A stretch of 64,000 nt of DNA from an uncultured delta proteobacterium (lineage in GTDB: Bacteria > Desulfobacterota > Desulfobacteria > Desulfobacterales > SG8-13): the NCBI GenBank assembly GCA_963848135.1, contig CAWKCK010000018.1:758938-822937 (forward strand). The letters run 5' to 3'. Made by a program: the position numbers and the translations under genes. The notes under the pieces were generated by a model. The model had not been told where the DNA came from and did no database searches. It saw only the letters and a list, made by a program, of their open reading frames with translations. This document shows positions 1 through 9,571 of this stretch, in pieces (within the stretch, counting starts at the first letter, position 1; each line of letters begins with the position of its first letter).

Positions 1-1130
1 TCAAACAAGCCCCGGAACCTTTCCTCGCTTTCCCGCATGGCCATCTCGGCTTCTTTGAGCTCACTGACGTTGCGGGCGACGGTGATGAAATGAGGTTCGC
101 CTTTAAGTTCGATGGCATTGACCGAAAGCAGGGCCGTCTTAACATTGCCGTCCTTCATCTGGAAACGGGATTCGAAGTTGTGAACATAACGCCTGGATTC
201 GAGAATGGAAACGAACCGATCCCGCTTTTCGTTATCTTCCCACAGCGTCAAGTCGAGTGCGGTTTGACCGATCACATCGTTTTTACTGAACCCCGTCAGC
301 TCGAGAAATCCGTTGTTGACGTCAACGATCGTGTTGTCCTGAAGACGGCTGACGATTATTGAATCGGGAATGGTTTCAAATACGGTTCGGAATAAATTTT
401 CGCTCTCTTTGAGGGCGTGTTCAATCTTTTTCCGTTCCGATACCTCTTTTTCAAGCTGTGCATTGGTATCCTTCAAACTGAGAACATATTCAGAGCGGCG
501 GCGCTCATAACGCCGGATGGTCAGCCATACGGTTATCATTAGGAATATGCAAAACAGAGCGAGGGAAGCGTGGCTGAACCGAAACAGCGTCTGATCCTTG
601 CGCATAACCCGGATGATGTCGCTTTCCAGCCGGTCGATTTGTTGGAGGAAGTCTGTGAATTTTTGGTCGTAAATAGCCAGGGCAGCGGAAATGTCATCCT
701 TTTGCCAGAGGACCCCGGCTTGCTGGGTGGTATGATCCTTTAGTTCTGCAAACCGTGATTTCAGAATATCAATTTGGTTTTGAATACCTTTGTTTCGCAG
801 CGGAACAACATCTTGTAATGGTTCAATTCCGGAGTTTAAAAGGTTTTCGAAATACCAGATGGACCTGTCAAGATAATCCCAGACATCCTCAGTGACCGGG
901 TTCACACCGTCCTCTAAAATTTCATAAACCCCGAGCCGGGTGGCGTTGGCATCAAGCCGGATCTCCTTTACGGCGGACAGCAGTGGCGAGTTCAAGTCAT
1001 GCAGGCGCTGGCCGTTATAATACCCGTAAAGGATGAGGACCAGCATGCTTAGCCCCGCAAGGCTCACCAGCAGGTTTATTCGCCGAAGGACGGTTTTGCC
1101 ATTATCGTTTTTGTAATCTGACGTTTTCAT
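1..1130 (-). CDS. Membrane-anchored PAS-domain sensor protein (probable histidine kinase), 3' end outside window
   Basis: ATG at 1130 (MKTSDYK...). Two hydrophobic segments flank an extracytoplasmic domain, then PAS/PAC ending FITVARNVSELKEAEMAMRESEERFRGLF. Absent from the ORF track because there is no stop in the window. Confidence 0.75.
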   Translation of the reverse strand, partial: MKTSDYKNDNGKTVLRRINLLVSLAGLSMLVLILYGYYNGQRLHDLNSPLLSAVKEIRLDANATRLGVYEILEDGVNPVTEDVWDYLDRSIWYFENLLNSGIEPLQDVVPLRNKGIQNQIDILKSRFAELKDHTTQQAGVLWQKDDISAALAIYDQKFTDFLQQIDRLESDIIRVMRKDQTLFRFSHASLALFCIFLMITVWLTIRRYERRRSEYVLSLKDTNAQLEKEVSERKKIEHALKESENLFRTVFETIPDSIIVSRLQDNTIVDVNNGFLELTGFSKNDVIGQTALDLTLWEDNEKRDRFVSILESRRYVHNFESRFQMKDGNVKTALLSVNAIELKGEPHFITVARNVSELKEAEMAMRESEERFRGLF

Positions 1131-1976
1131 GAAATTCGGCCCGGTCGCGGGCGGATCCCTATGTTCTTGATTCCGGTTCGGGCAGGTGATTCGCTGTCAA
1201 GCCCATCGGTCAGGCATCCGAATCGGTGCGTGGACATATCGGTAAAATTTTCCAAACCTTTTGTAGGACATGCAATTTTCATGCAATATGTTAAATGCCA
1301 ACTCCCGAGGCACGCAGGCTTTCACAAAACCGTCTTGCTTGTTGGGACTGTAAGGAATAAGAATGCGATCCCCATCAAAACGAAAGAATACGTTTTCACG
1401 AATCTTTGGTTTGATTTTCTCGAACATAGGAAATATTTTTCATAATTGAATGTAACCGGCACTTCCAGGGAAGAGACCGATCGATCGGGCGCCGTCAGGA
1501 CGGGGAGGGCCTTGCAATGTAAAGACCCTAATGGAGTGTTTTTTCGACCGCACCGGTTGAAAGCGGTCTGCTGTTAGGCTGGATCTGCCCCCGTACAACC
1601 AGATATCTATCTGTTTTTTTATATTTTAATGTTATATAATGATCATCGTCTCGGGTATCTGTAAACGCCTGGAACCGTGAGGCTTTGGGCGTCTCCCCAG
1701 CCGAGCTGGGGTTTATGGATGATGATTATTAGGTTGAAAATAGCGTGAGGATAGAATAAATTCTTAAGGCTGACAAGGCCAAAATGGGACGTTTGAATAC
1801 ACCGCAAACACTGAAAAACATACCACCCTCGTCAGTGGTCTCGGCTTATGGTGGTTGTCAATATAATGTTCCCTTATTAAAATGTCTTTTTCACCGACCG
1901 CTTATACCATCCTTCCGTATTTCGGAATTTATTTTTTATAGACGGTATAATTTCGAACTAATACACTAATAACGAT

Positions 1977-3203
1977 ATGCCGGTATTCGAATACACAGCA
2001 CTGGATCAGCGGGGCAAGAACATCTCGGGTATCATTGACGCGGACAGCGTCACGGCCGCCCGCCAGAAACTCCGGGGTTCACACAAGTTTCCTGTCAAGA
2101 TCAAGGAAGCCTCAGATACCCGCGAGAAAAAAGCCTCCCGGGGCCTGATGAGCCGGGGACTGTTCGCGCGCGTGCGCCAGCGTGATGTCACCCTGATGAC
2201 CCGGCAACTGGCGACCCTCGTCGGCGCGGGCTTTCCCCTTGTTTCGGCCCTCGAGGCCCTGCTGCCGCAAATAAAATCCTTTGCCTTCAACAAGATGCTG
2301 GCACGCATCAAGGATTCAATTGTGGAAGGTAACAGTTTCTCCGCAGCCATATCCAGTTATCCGGACACATTCTCACCGCTGTATAAAAACATGGTCCGCG
2401 CCGGTGAAACGTCCGGAACGCTCGAAATCGTCCTTGAAAAACTGGCCGACATCATGGAAAAGCAACAGGCGCTGAAAACCCGCATTCAATCGGCCCTGGC
2501 GTATCCGGCCCTCATGACGGTCATGGGGACCCTGATCCTGATTCTTCTGCTGGTCTACATCGTGCCGTCTATCACGGCCATATTTGCCGATGTCAATCAG
2601 GCGCTGCCGGCCCCGACGCAATTTCTGATCGGTGTCAGCAACCTGTTCAAATCTTACTGGTGGCTCATTCTGATTGCCCTGATCGCCATGGTCGTCTTTG
2701 CCCGGCAGTTCAAGAAAACCGCCAAAGGAAGATACCTGGTCGACAAAGTGTTGCTCAAGTCCCCCGGTGTCGGCACCCTGATCCAGAAACTGGCCGTGGC
2801 CCGCTTTGCCCGCACCCTGGGCTCCTTGCTAGCCAACGGAGTGCCCATGCTCCAGGCCCTGGACATTGCCAAAAACATCGCCGGAAATGTCCTGATTTCC
2901 GAAGCGGTCGATCTGGCCGTCAAAGAGGTTGGGCAGGGGCAGGGATTGGCAAAATCTCTCGCGGTTTCGAATGTTTTTCCTGACCTTACCATCCAGATGA
3001 TTCAGGTGGGCGAGCAGAGCGCGACCCTGGAGTCGATGCTCAACAAAATGGCCGATGTCTTCGAAAACGAGGCCGAAGCCTCTATCATGAGCTTGACCTC
3101 CCTGCTGGCGCCGGTGTTGATTCTGGTCATGGGGGTAATTGTCGGATTTATTGTGCTTTCGATCTGCCTGCCCATTTTCGAAATGAGCACACTGGTGAGA
3201 TAA
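1977..3203 (+). CDS. gspF: Type II secretion inner-membrane platform protein GspF
   Basis: MPVFEYTA..., TRQLATLVGAGFPL, MVRAGETSGTL, three TM segments; first gene of the gsp operon. Confidence 0.95.
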   Translation: MPVFEYTALDQRGKNISGIIDADSVTAARQKLRGSHKFPVKIKEASDTREKKASRGLMSRGLFARVRQRDVTLMTRQLATLVGAGFPLVSALEALLPQIKSFAFNKMLARIKDSIVEGNSFSAAISSYPDTFSPLYKNMVRAGETSGTLEIVLEKLADIMEKQQALKTRIQSALAYPALMTVMGTLILILLLVYIVPSITAIFADVNQALPAPTQFLIGVSNLFKSYWWLILIALIAMVVFARQFKKTAKGRYLVDKVLLKSPGVGTLIQKLAVARFARTLGSLLANGVPMLQALDIAKNIAGNVLISEAVDLAVKEVGQGQGLAKSLAVSNVFPDLTIQMIQVGEQSATLESMLNKMADVFENEAEASIMSLTSLLAPVLILVMGVIVGFIVLSICLPIFEMSTLVR

Positions 3204-3290
3204 TTCTTACAATACTATATAAATAATTGCTCAATATATCGGGAGCGCTTAATAGGTGATCGGTTTCACCGCCCATTCGCAACGCTTATT

Positions 3291-3484
3291 AGAGAAACAG
3301 AGTACCCAGAGGATTTTTTCTATTCCCTTTCGCTGAGAGGACGAAAAGGAATACACTTCGGCCCTTACGGGCAGGCTTCAACGGTACTTAGATTGCCAAA
3401 GGCATGATGGTTTTCATTTGCCGGCGTCTCAGCGGCAAATGAAAAATAAAAACAACACTCTGTGTCCTCTGCGACTCTGTGGTG
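3291..3484. repeat. Intergenic inverted-repeat element: 9-nt CAGAG/CTCTG repeats enclosing two hairpins
   Basis: Hairpin 3321-3353 and perfect 13-bp stem ttttcatttgccg/cggcaaatgaaaa 3411-3445; termini agagaaacagagtacccagag and ctctgtgtcctctgcgactctgtggtg. Confidence 0.6.
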
Positions 3485-3723
3485 AATACCTTGATAGTAA
3501 ATTCTCTAATGCGCATGTGGTGCTGACGTTGTGTAAAATACTGCAAAAAAATTAAGCATTAATGTGATGCTACGATCGAAACAGCGCATGCACCGCTGAT
3601 CTCGTTGTGACAACAGAAAATTTTTCTCGGTCTGCCGGTGGACTTGAGCGCAGCGGGCGATAAAATGAAAGATATACTTATGTTTCATAAAACATACGAA
3701 ATCATACCCGAACAGGAGGATGA

Positions 3724-4179
3724 ATGACTGTAAAAATACCCCGGGGAATATACGGCAACCGTGGATTCTCCCTGATCGAACTGATGGTGGTGGTCATCAT
3801 ACTTGGAATTCTGGCCATGTACATCGGGCCGAAACTGATGGGACGGACCGATCAGGCCAAGGAAGTACAAGCCAGGGTGCAACTCGAAGGCCTCGAAACC
3901 GCCCTGAAACTCTACAAACTCGACAACGGCGTCTACCCGAGCACGGAACAGGGTCTTCAGGCCCTTATCGAACCACCGGAGTCCGGAACCATACCCCAGA
4001 AATGGCGCAAAGGCGGTTACCTGGAAAAAGGCAAAATTCCCACGGACCCCTGGGGAAATGAATTCGTTTACCTCTCTCCCGGCATTCAAGGGGACTACGA
4101 CATCACGTCCTACGGTGCGGACGGCGTGCCCGGCGGTGAAGATGAAAACAAGGACATCAACAGCTGGGAACCCCTATAG
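3724..4179 (+). CDS. gspG: Major pseudopilin GspG
   Basis: Prepilin motif G|FSLIELMVV; YKLDNGVYPSTEQGLQAL and DPWGNEFVY signatures. Confidence 0.95.
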   Translation: MTVKIPRGIYGNRGFSLIELMVVVIILGILAMYIGPKLMGRTDQAKEVQARVQLEGLETALKLYKLDNGVYPSTEQGLQALIEPPESGTIPQKWRKGGYLEKGKIPTDPWGNEFVYLSPGIQGDYDITSYGADGVPGGEDENKDINSWEPL

Positions 4180-4271
4180 ATTGCGCCCAACCGGGAAGAA
4201 AACAGAGATCCATCAGGGGCGTATTTCCCAGACAGCAAAACCCCGACACTCCACATTCAAAGGCATTAGCA

Positions 4272-4778
4272 ATGTTTCCAGCCGGCGCCAAGCGCGGCTT
4301 CACACTGATCGAAATCGCCGTCGTCATCCTGCTCATCAGCATCATGTTGCTGGTCACCGTGCCGCGGTTGCCGGACTCGCCTCTGACCGATCAGACCCGT
4401 AAGACCAAGCGATGGATCATTCTAAAAGTGAAGGATCTCAGGGACCAGGCTGTCCGCGACCAGAAGATCTTTACCTTGAATGTCGGCCTGGAGTCGAACC
4501 GGTTGTGGACCACCAATGACGGCATGGCGGAAGAGAATTTGCAGACAGCCGTCGACGACGGGCTGGCGCTTTCCGGTGATCTGAAATTGCGCGACGTTGA
4601 ATACCCGGGTGATCAAAAAATCGATTCCGGCCTGGCCGAAATTCGTTTTTTCCCCAAGGGGTATTCAGACCGGGCGATCATCCATATTGATGACGGCGAC
4701 CAGAGCTATTCATTTCAAATTGAACCATTTCTCTCGACGGTCAAGGTCTATGATGGCACTATTGGGTTTGAAGAATAG
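4272..4778 (+). CDS. gspH: Minor pseudopilin GspH-like
   Basis: G|FTLIEIAVV N-methylation motif; position after gspG. Confidence 0.8.
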   Translation: MFPAGAKRGFTLIEIAVVILLISIMLLVTVPRLPDSPLTDQTRKTKRWIILKVKDLRDQAVRDQKIFTLNVGLESNRLWTTNDGMAEENLQTAVDDGLALSGDLKLRDVEYPGDQKIDSGLAEIRFFPKGYSDRAIIHIDDGDQSYSFQIEPFLSTVKVYDGTIGFEE

Positions 4779-5166
4779 GTCCGACCGCTTGGGGTCCCGC
4801 GGATTCACCCTGATCGAAATGATGGTGGCCGTATCGATTATCGCCATCGTTTTACTAGCCGTATACCGACTGCACTCCCAGACACTATTGATGAATCTGT
4901 CAGCCCGGTTTTACACGGTTGCCCCCCTGCTGGCCAAAAGTAAGCTGGCCGAGATGGAACAAAGTACCGTCAGGGAACTGGCGGAGGGATCCGGTGATTT
5001 CGGCGAGAATTATACGGGTTACAGCTGGGAGATCAGCGTCAGTGACGTCGAATCAGACCAATTGAAGGTCGCTGCTGACAAACTGAAACAGATCAATGTT
5101 AAGGTTCTTTTCAACCAAGGTGAACTGTCATACGACCTGCGGACATACCGTTTTCTTCAGAAGTAG
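4750..5166 (+). CDS. gspI: Minor pseudopilin GspI-like
   Basis: G|FTLIEMMVAVSII motif; start moved to ATG 4750/4753, overlapping the gspH end. Confidence 0.8.
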   Translation: MMALLGLKNRSDRLGSRGFTLIEMMVAVSIIAIVLLAVYRLHSQTLLMNLSARFYTVAPLLAKSKLAEMEQSTVRELAEGSGDFGENYTGYSWEISVSDVESDQLKVAADKLKQINVKVLFNQGELSYDLRTYRFLQK

Positions 5167-5218
5167 CAGCACCGCCGGCTCAACCGGCCTAACTGGCCTA
5201 ACTGACACAACCATACTC

Positions 5219-5986
5219 ATGCGCCCGATAAAATCAATCAGCGCCTGGCGCGCACCCAAGAGGCCCCTGACGCTCTTAAGGAAACGGATAGGGTCTCGCG
5301 AACACTTTTCCCCCGGAAACGGGTTTACCCTGCTCGAGATCCTGATCGCCATTTTTATCTTTGCAATAGTCGTTACCACCATATTCGGCTCGTTCAACTT
5401 CGTATTCGGTAAAATAGGTTCCATCGAGGAAGGAATGGCAGCGTATGAGATGGCCAAAGATTGCCTGGGTCGTATGACCCTCGATCTTGAATCTTTATTT
5501 ATTCTGCAACCGCCCGCGTTCAAAATATCCGGAAGCGACGATATTGAAGACCCGTTCCGTCTGGTCGGAGAGATCGCGAATATCGGCGGTAAGGAAATCG
5601 GCAAGTTGCGATTCACCGCTCTGGCGCATATCCCCCTCGACCGTCAACCGCGGGACGGGGTGGCCGAGATCATTTACTATGTCAATGAAAACAGTGCCGG
5701 TAACCGGGTGCTGAGACGATTCGACCGGCTCGACTTCACCGACCCGCCCGGCGATCTGAGTGGCGATCCGATTCTGTGCGACAATGTGAAAGATCTGATA
5801 TTCACCTACATCGATTCGGAGGGCACAGAAAGAGAAACCTGGAATTCGGATTCCGCCGATGTCGACTATGCCACACCACAGGCGATTCGGATCAAACTGG
5901 AGATCGGTTCCGAGGAAAATTTTCACACGTTCGAAACGACGGTCTGGCTTTTGGTTAATCGGGAGCCGCTTGAGGCCGATCTGTAA
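5219..5986 (+). CDS. gspJ: Minor pseudopilin GspJ-like
   Basis: G|FTLLEILIAIFI motif; operon order H-I-J-K; start uncertain. Confidence 0.8.
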   Translation: MRPIKSISAWRAPKRPLTLLRKRIGSREHFSPGNGFTLLEILIAIFIFAIVVTTIFGSFNFVFGKIGSIEEGMAAYEMAKDCLGRMTLDLESLFILQPPAFKISGSDDIEDPFRLVGEIANIGGKEIGKLRFTALAHIPLDRQPRDGVAEIIYYVNENSAGNRVLRRFDRLDFTDPPGDLSGDPILCDNVKDLIFTYIDSEGTERETWNSDSADVDYATPQAIRIKLEIGSEENFHTFETTVWLLVNREPLEADL

Positions 5987-6047
5987 CGACTATATCCCAA
6001 GGGAGAAGCGGTCCGTAAAAAATCTGACAGAATGTATTTATTAACTC

Positions 6048-6118
6048 TCACAGAGCACGCAGAGAACTCGGAGGCAAAAAATGATTTCGTCTGAGTCAGT
6101 CTGTGTGGGTCTGTGGCT
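6048..6118. repeat. Short 9-nt-period CAGAG / TCTGT inverted tandem repeat
   Basis: cacagagcacgcagagaactcggag followed by ctgagtcagtctgtgtgggtctgtgg. Confidence 0.4.
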
Positions 6119-6189
6119 AATATGTCAATAATATAGCGCTTTCAGCCTTGAGCAGAAATTAACGAATTAATAGTTTAGGTTATTGAACA

Positions 6190-7272
6190 ATGAGTTTGCC
6201 AAACACGATACGCAACCAACACGGAATGGCCCTGCTGATCACTCTGGCGGTCATTACCCTGCTGGTAGTCACCACGATGGAGCTCAACCGGCGGGCCCGC
6301 GCGACCGTTATTTCCACCGCGGCGGCGCGTGATCGCCACAGACTATCGGAAATGCTGGTTTCCGGGGTCCATCTCGCCATGGCCATGCTCGCACAGGACA
6401 AGAAGGACACAACCGCAGACTCGATTCAGGAAGACTGGGCCGATCCCGAAAAGGTCAAGAACCTGCTGGAAACCATACCGTTTGATGACGGCAAGCTGGA
6501 AGTCAGCATTAGCGACGAGCTCAGCCGCATACAGGTCAATGCATTGGTTAAATTCCCCGATAGCCATACGTTTAACGAAAAGCAGGTTGGGCTCTGGGAC
6601 CGGTTCCTCAAGCTGGCGTTTCTGGCCTATGAGCCCCCGGATGAAATCGATCCGGCAAACACGATCATCAATTCCCTCAAGGATTGGATCGATTCGGGTG
6701 ACGATGAGGCCATCACCGGTTTAACCGGCGCCGAATCGGATTATTACCTCGATCTGGACCCACCCTATGCCATCCGCAACGGGCCGCTTACCCACCTGAA
6801 TGAGCTCTTGCTGGTCAAAAGCGTCACTCCGGAACTGTTCTATGGCACGGCGGAATTACCGGGTATTTCCAGTTTTCTGACCGTCTCCGGTATGACCGAT
6901 GTGGGCGGCGTCGATTTCACCTACGAAGGCAAGATCAATATCAACACGGCCGAGGTGCCGGTGCTCATGGCACTATTGCCCGAGGAAAACAGGGATCTGG
7001 CCGTGGCAATCAGCGATTTTCGCCTTGCCAAAGCAGACGAAACCTTTACGCACGACCTTTCTGCAGGGGTAGGCTGGTACAAACAGGTCCCCGGGGCCGG
7101 CGACATCGTGTTGGACCCCGCTCTGATCACCAACCAGAGTGATTTTTTCAGAATCGAGGCGGTTGCCAGCCTGAACGGCGTGAGTATGACCGCCACGGTT
7201 GTCGTTAAAAGAGAACCCCAGGCAGATTCTGATCAAATTCGATGCCGCATCTTGAGTTGGGAGCTCAAATAA
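6190..7272 (+). CDS. gspK: Minor pseudopilin GspK
   Basis: G|MALLITL leader without Glu5; DWID...GAESDYY and KININTA motifs. Confidence 0.9.
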   Translation: MSLPNTIRNQHGMALLITLAVITLLVVTTMELNRRARATVISTAAARDRHRLSEMLVSGVHLAMAMLAQDKKDTTADSIQEDWADPEKVKNLLETIPFDDGKLEVSISDELSRIQVNALVKFPDSHTFNEKQVGLWDRFLKLAFLAYEPPDEIDPANTIINSLKDWIDSGDDEAITGLTGAESDYYLDLDPPYAIRNGPLTHLNELLLVKSVTPELFYGTAELPGISSFLTVSGMTDVGGVDFTYEGKININTAEVPVLMALLPEENRDLAVAISDFRLAKADETFTHDLSAGVGWYKQVPGAGDIVLDPALITNQSDFFRIEAVASLNGVSMTATVVVKREPQADSDQIRCRILSWELK

Positions 7273-7395
7273 TGGTATAATAGGATGTTCTGCACTGTCC
7301 AAACGGCAGCTTGCAATGGTAATACATTTCATATTATAGGTGCGTATTACATAAATCGGACCGAATTCGGCCGGACCTTTCGCAATGTGACGTTT

Positions 7396-8847
7396 ATGGG
7401 AAAACGGATACTGGGACTCGACATCCAGAACAAAGCGCTCGCTGCGGTTCTTGTCAACAGCGGTTTCAAGGAAAGCCGGGTGGAAGCATTCACCCACATC
7501 CCGTTCCCTGAAACGGAAGATGGCGAGAACGGGTTGCCGGCAGCTTTGGACGCGCTGATCGAAGAAATGCCCGTAAGCGACGCTGTCTGTATCGTCTCGG
7601 TACCGGCGGACCAGGTCTCTTTCAGAAATCTGAAAGTGCCGTTCAGGCAAGAGAAGAAAATCAGACAGATCCTGACTTTCGAACTGGAACCGACGCTCCC
7701 CTTCCCGATCGATGATGTCGTCGTCGACTTCCATGCCCTGAAACTGGACGGGCAAGGCGATCAAACGGATCTTATCGCAGCGGTTTGCAAAACCGACAGC
7801 CTGCGGTCTATCCTCGAAATGCTCGCAGCCCGGCGAATTCAACCGGAAATCGTCACCGTGAGCGGGTTCCCGTCCGCGCTCTGCCTCAGCCGACTGGGTC
7901 AGCTGCCTGAAAGCGCTCTGGTGGTCGATGTCAGAAGTGACAGTAGCACCATTTTTGTCATGAAATCGGCACAATTGTCCATGGTGCGAACGTTGCCGGC
8001 CGATCGGGCGTATGATTCACGGATCGACATGCTCGGCCAGAACATTCAACGAACGCTCTATGCACTGGAAGAGATCAGCAGCCATCCGTTTCGGCCTGAA
8101 AAAATTTTTGTCACCGGTCCGGCCCTGGGGGAAAACGGCATCGTAACCGCACTGACGCGACTGCTTGACGTACCCATCACCCGTATCGATCTTATCAATG
8201 ATATCGATACCAGGTTAAAGGCGATACCGTCTGAATCCTGGAAACCCTATCAGATGAACAACGCGTTGGCCCTGACGCTGGTCGAAGTTATCGGTATTAA
8301 GGGACTGAACTTCAGGCAGGGACCGTTTGCCATAAAAAAGCGCTGGACCGAATACAGAAAAAACATTATCACCTCGGCGATATTGGTGGCCGCCCTGCTT
8401 TTGATATGGCTGGCTTCGGCATCCGTCGATTATTTTTACAAGAAAAACCAGCTGAATACACTCAACGATCAAATTACGGATGTCTTTCAGACGACCTTCC
8501 CGGATGTCAAAAAAATCGTCGACCCGCTTCAGCAAATGCGGGTCAGCATCGACGAGCTGAAGAAAATCTCCCTCTTCCCGACTGACGGCAAGAATACCGT
8601 TCTGGCCATCGACGTGTTGAATGACATCAGCAGAAGCGTCCCCGCCGATATCGATGCGAAATTTACGCGAACGGTGATCGGCGAGGACAATGTGGTTATA
8701 AACGGGGACTCGGATACGTTTAACTCCGTTGACGCGATCAAGAGCCGGCTCGAACAGAGCGGGATGTTTCAATCTGTTACCATCGTATCGACGACCAAGG
8801 AAGATGCGAGCAATCGCATCAAGTTCAGGTTAAAGCTAACTTACTGA
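7396..8847 (+). CDS. gspL: GspL (PilM-like cytoplasmic domain, TM, PilN-like periplasmic domain)
   Basis: MGKRILGLDI actin-like start, FELEPTLPF motif, LNFRQG plus TM; lies between gspK and gspM. Confidence 0.85.
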   Translation: MGKRILGLDIQNKALAAVLVNSGFKESRVEAFTHIPFPETEDGENGLPAALDALIEEMPVSDAVCIVSVPADQVSFRNLKVPFRQEKKIRQILTFELEPTLPFPIDDVVVDFHALKLDGQGDQTDLIAAVCKTDSLRSILEMLAARRIQPEIVTVSGFPSALCLSRLGQLPESALVVDVRSDSSTIFVMKSAQLSMVRTLPADRAYDSRIDMLGQNIQRTLYALEEISSHPFRPEKIFVTGPALGENGIVTALTRLLDVPITRIDLINDIDTRLKAIPSESWKPYQMNNALALTLVEVIGIKGLNFRQGPFAIKKRWTEYRKNIITSAILVAALLLIWLASASVDYFYKKNQLNTLNDQITDVFQTTFPDVKKIVDPLQQMRVSIDELKKISLFPTDGKNTVLAIDVLNDISRSVPADIDAKFTRTVIGEDNVVINGDSDTFNSVDAIKSRLEQSGMFQSVTIVSTTKEDASNRIKFRLKLTY

Positions 8848-8899
8848 AGCGCTTAATTCAGGTGAAGATTTCTCGAAGAAGGCCGAAACTAATATAGAG

Positions 8900-9451
8900 A
8901 TGATAAAATTTCCAAAATCGTTACCATTTACTGTCACCAAGCGCGAAAAATACGCCGTTTGGCTGGCCGGAGGCCTGATCGCCGCCGTGATCGTTTCCCA
9001 GGTGGTTGTTTCGCCACTGGTGGATAGTCGACGGCAATTGAACCGGCAGTTGGCGGCCCAGGCCCGCGCCCTGCAGGAAATGCACGTCCTCAAGGCAGAA
9101 TACGAGGGCATCAAGAAGAGCGCCGATGCCGAAAGAGGCAAAATGTCCGGCAGAAGTCAAGGGTTTACACTTTTCTCTTTCCTTGACACCCTCGCTGGTC
9201 AGGTCGGTTTAAAGGACCGCATTGCCTATATGAAACCGTCGAAAACAACCCTGGAGAACAGCCCCTACTCGATGTCGGTCGTTGAAACCAAACTGCAGAG
9301 CATCACCATGAAACAGCTGACCGCCTATCTCTACCGGATCGAAACATCGCAAAACGTGGTAAGGGTCAAGGGGCTGTCGATATCCAAATCAGGGAAGCAG
9401 GACGGAACAGTTGACGCGGTTCTTATGGCCGAGACGCTCGACACCCGCTGA
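8900..9451 (+). CDS. gspM: GspM
   Basis: TKREK plus single TM, coiled coil and ferredoxin-like C-terminus; follows gspL. Confidence 0.8.
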   Translation: MIKFPKSLPFTVTKREKYAVWLAGGLIAAVIVSQVVVSPLVDSRRQLNRQLAAQARALQEMHVLKAEYEGIKKSADAERGKMSGRSQGFTLFSFLDTLAGQVGLKDRIAYMKPSKTTLENSPYSMSVVETKLQSITMKQLTAYLYRIETSQNVVRVKGLSISKSGKQDGTVDAVLMAETLDTR

Positions 9452-9571
9452 AACGCTCAGCCTTGGCGGTATCACCGGGTACTATAAAGGATCGGCCACG
9501 TAATGGTAACCAGGATCAACATCCATGCGAACCCTTATTCGTTGAACCAAACGAAAACAGGTATCTTAAAA

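Noticed and set aside
1161..1969. Small ORFs 1161..1445, 1197..1427 and 1784..1969
   Set aside because: No motifs or convincing RBS; AT-rich divergent promoter region
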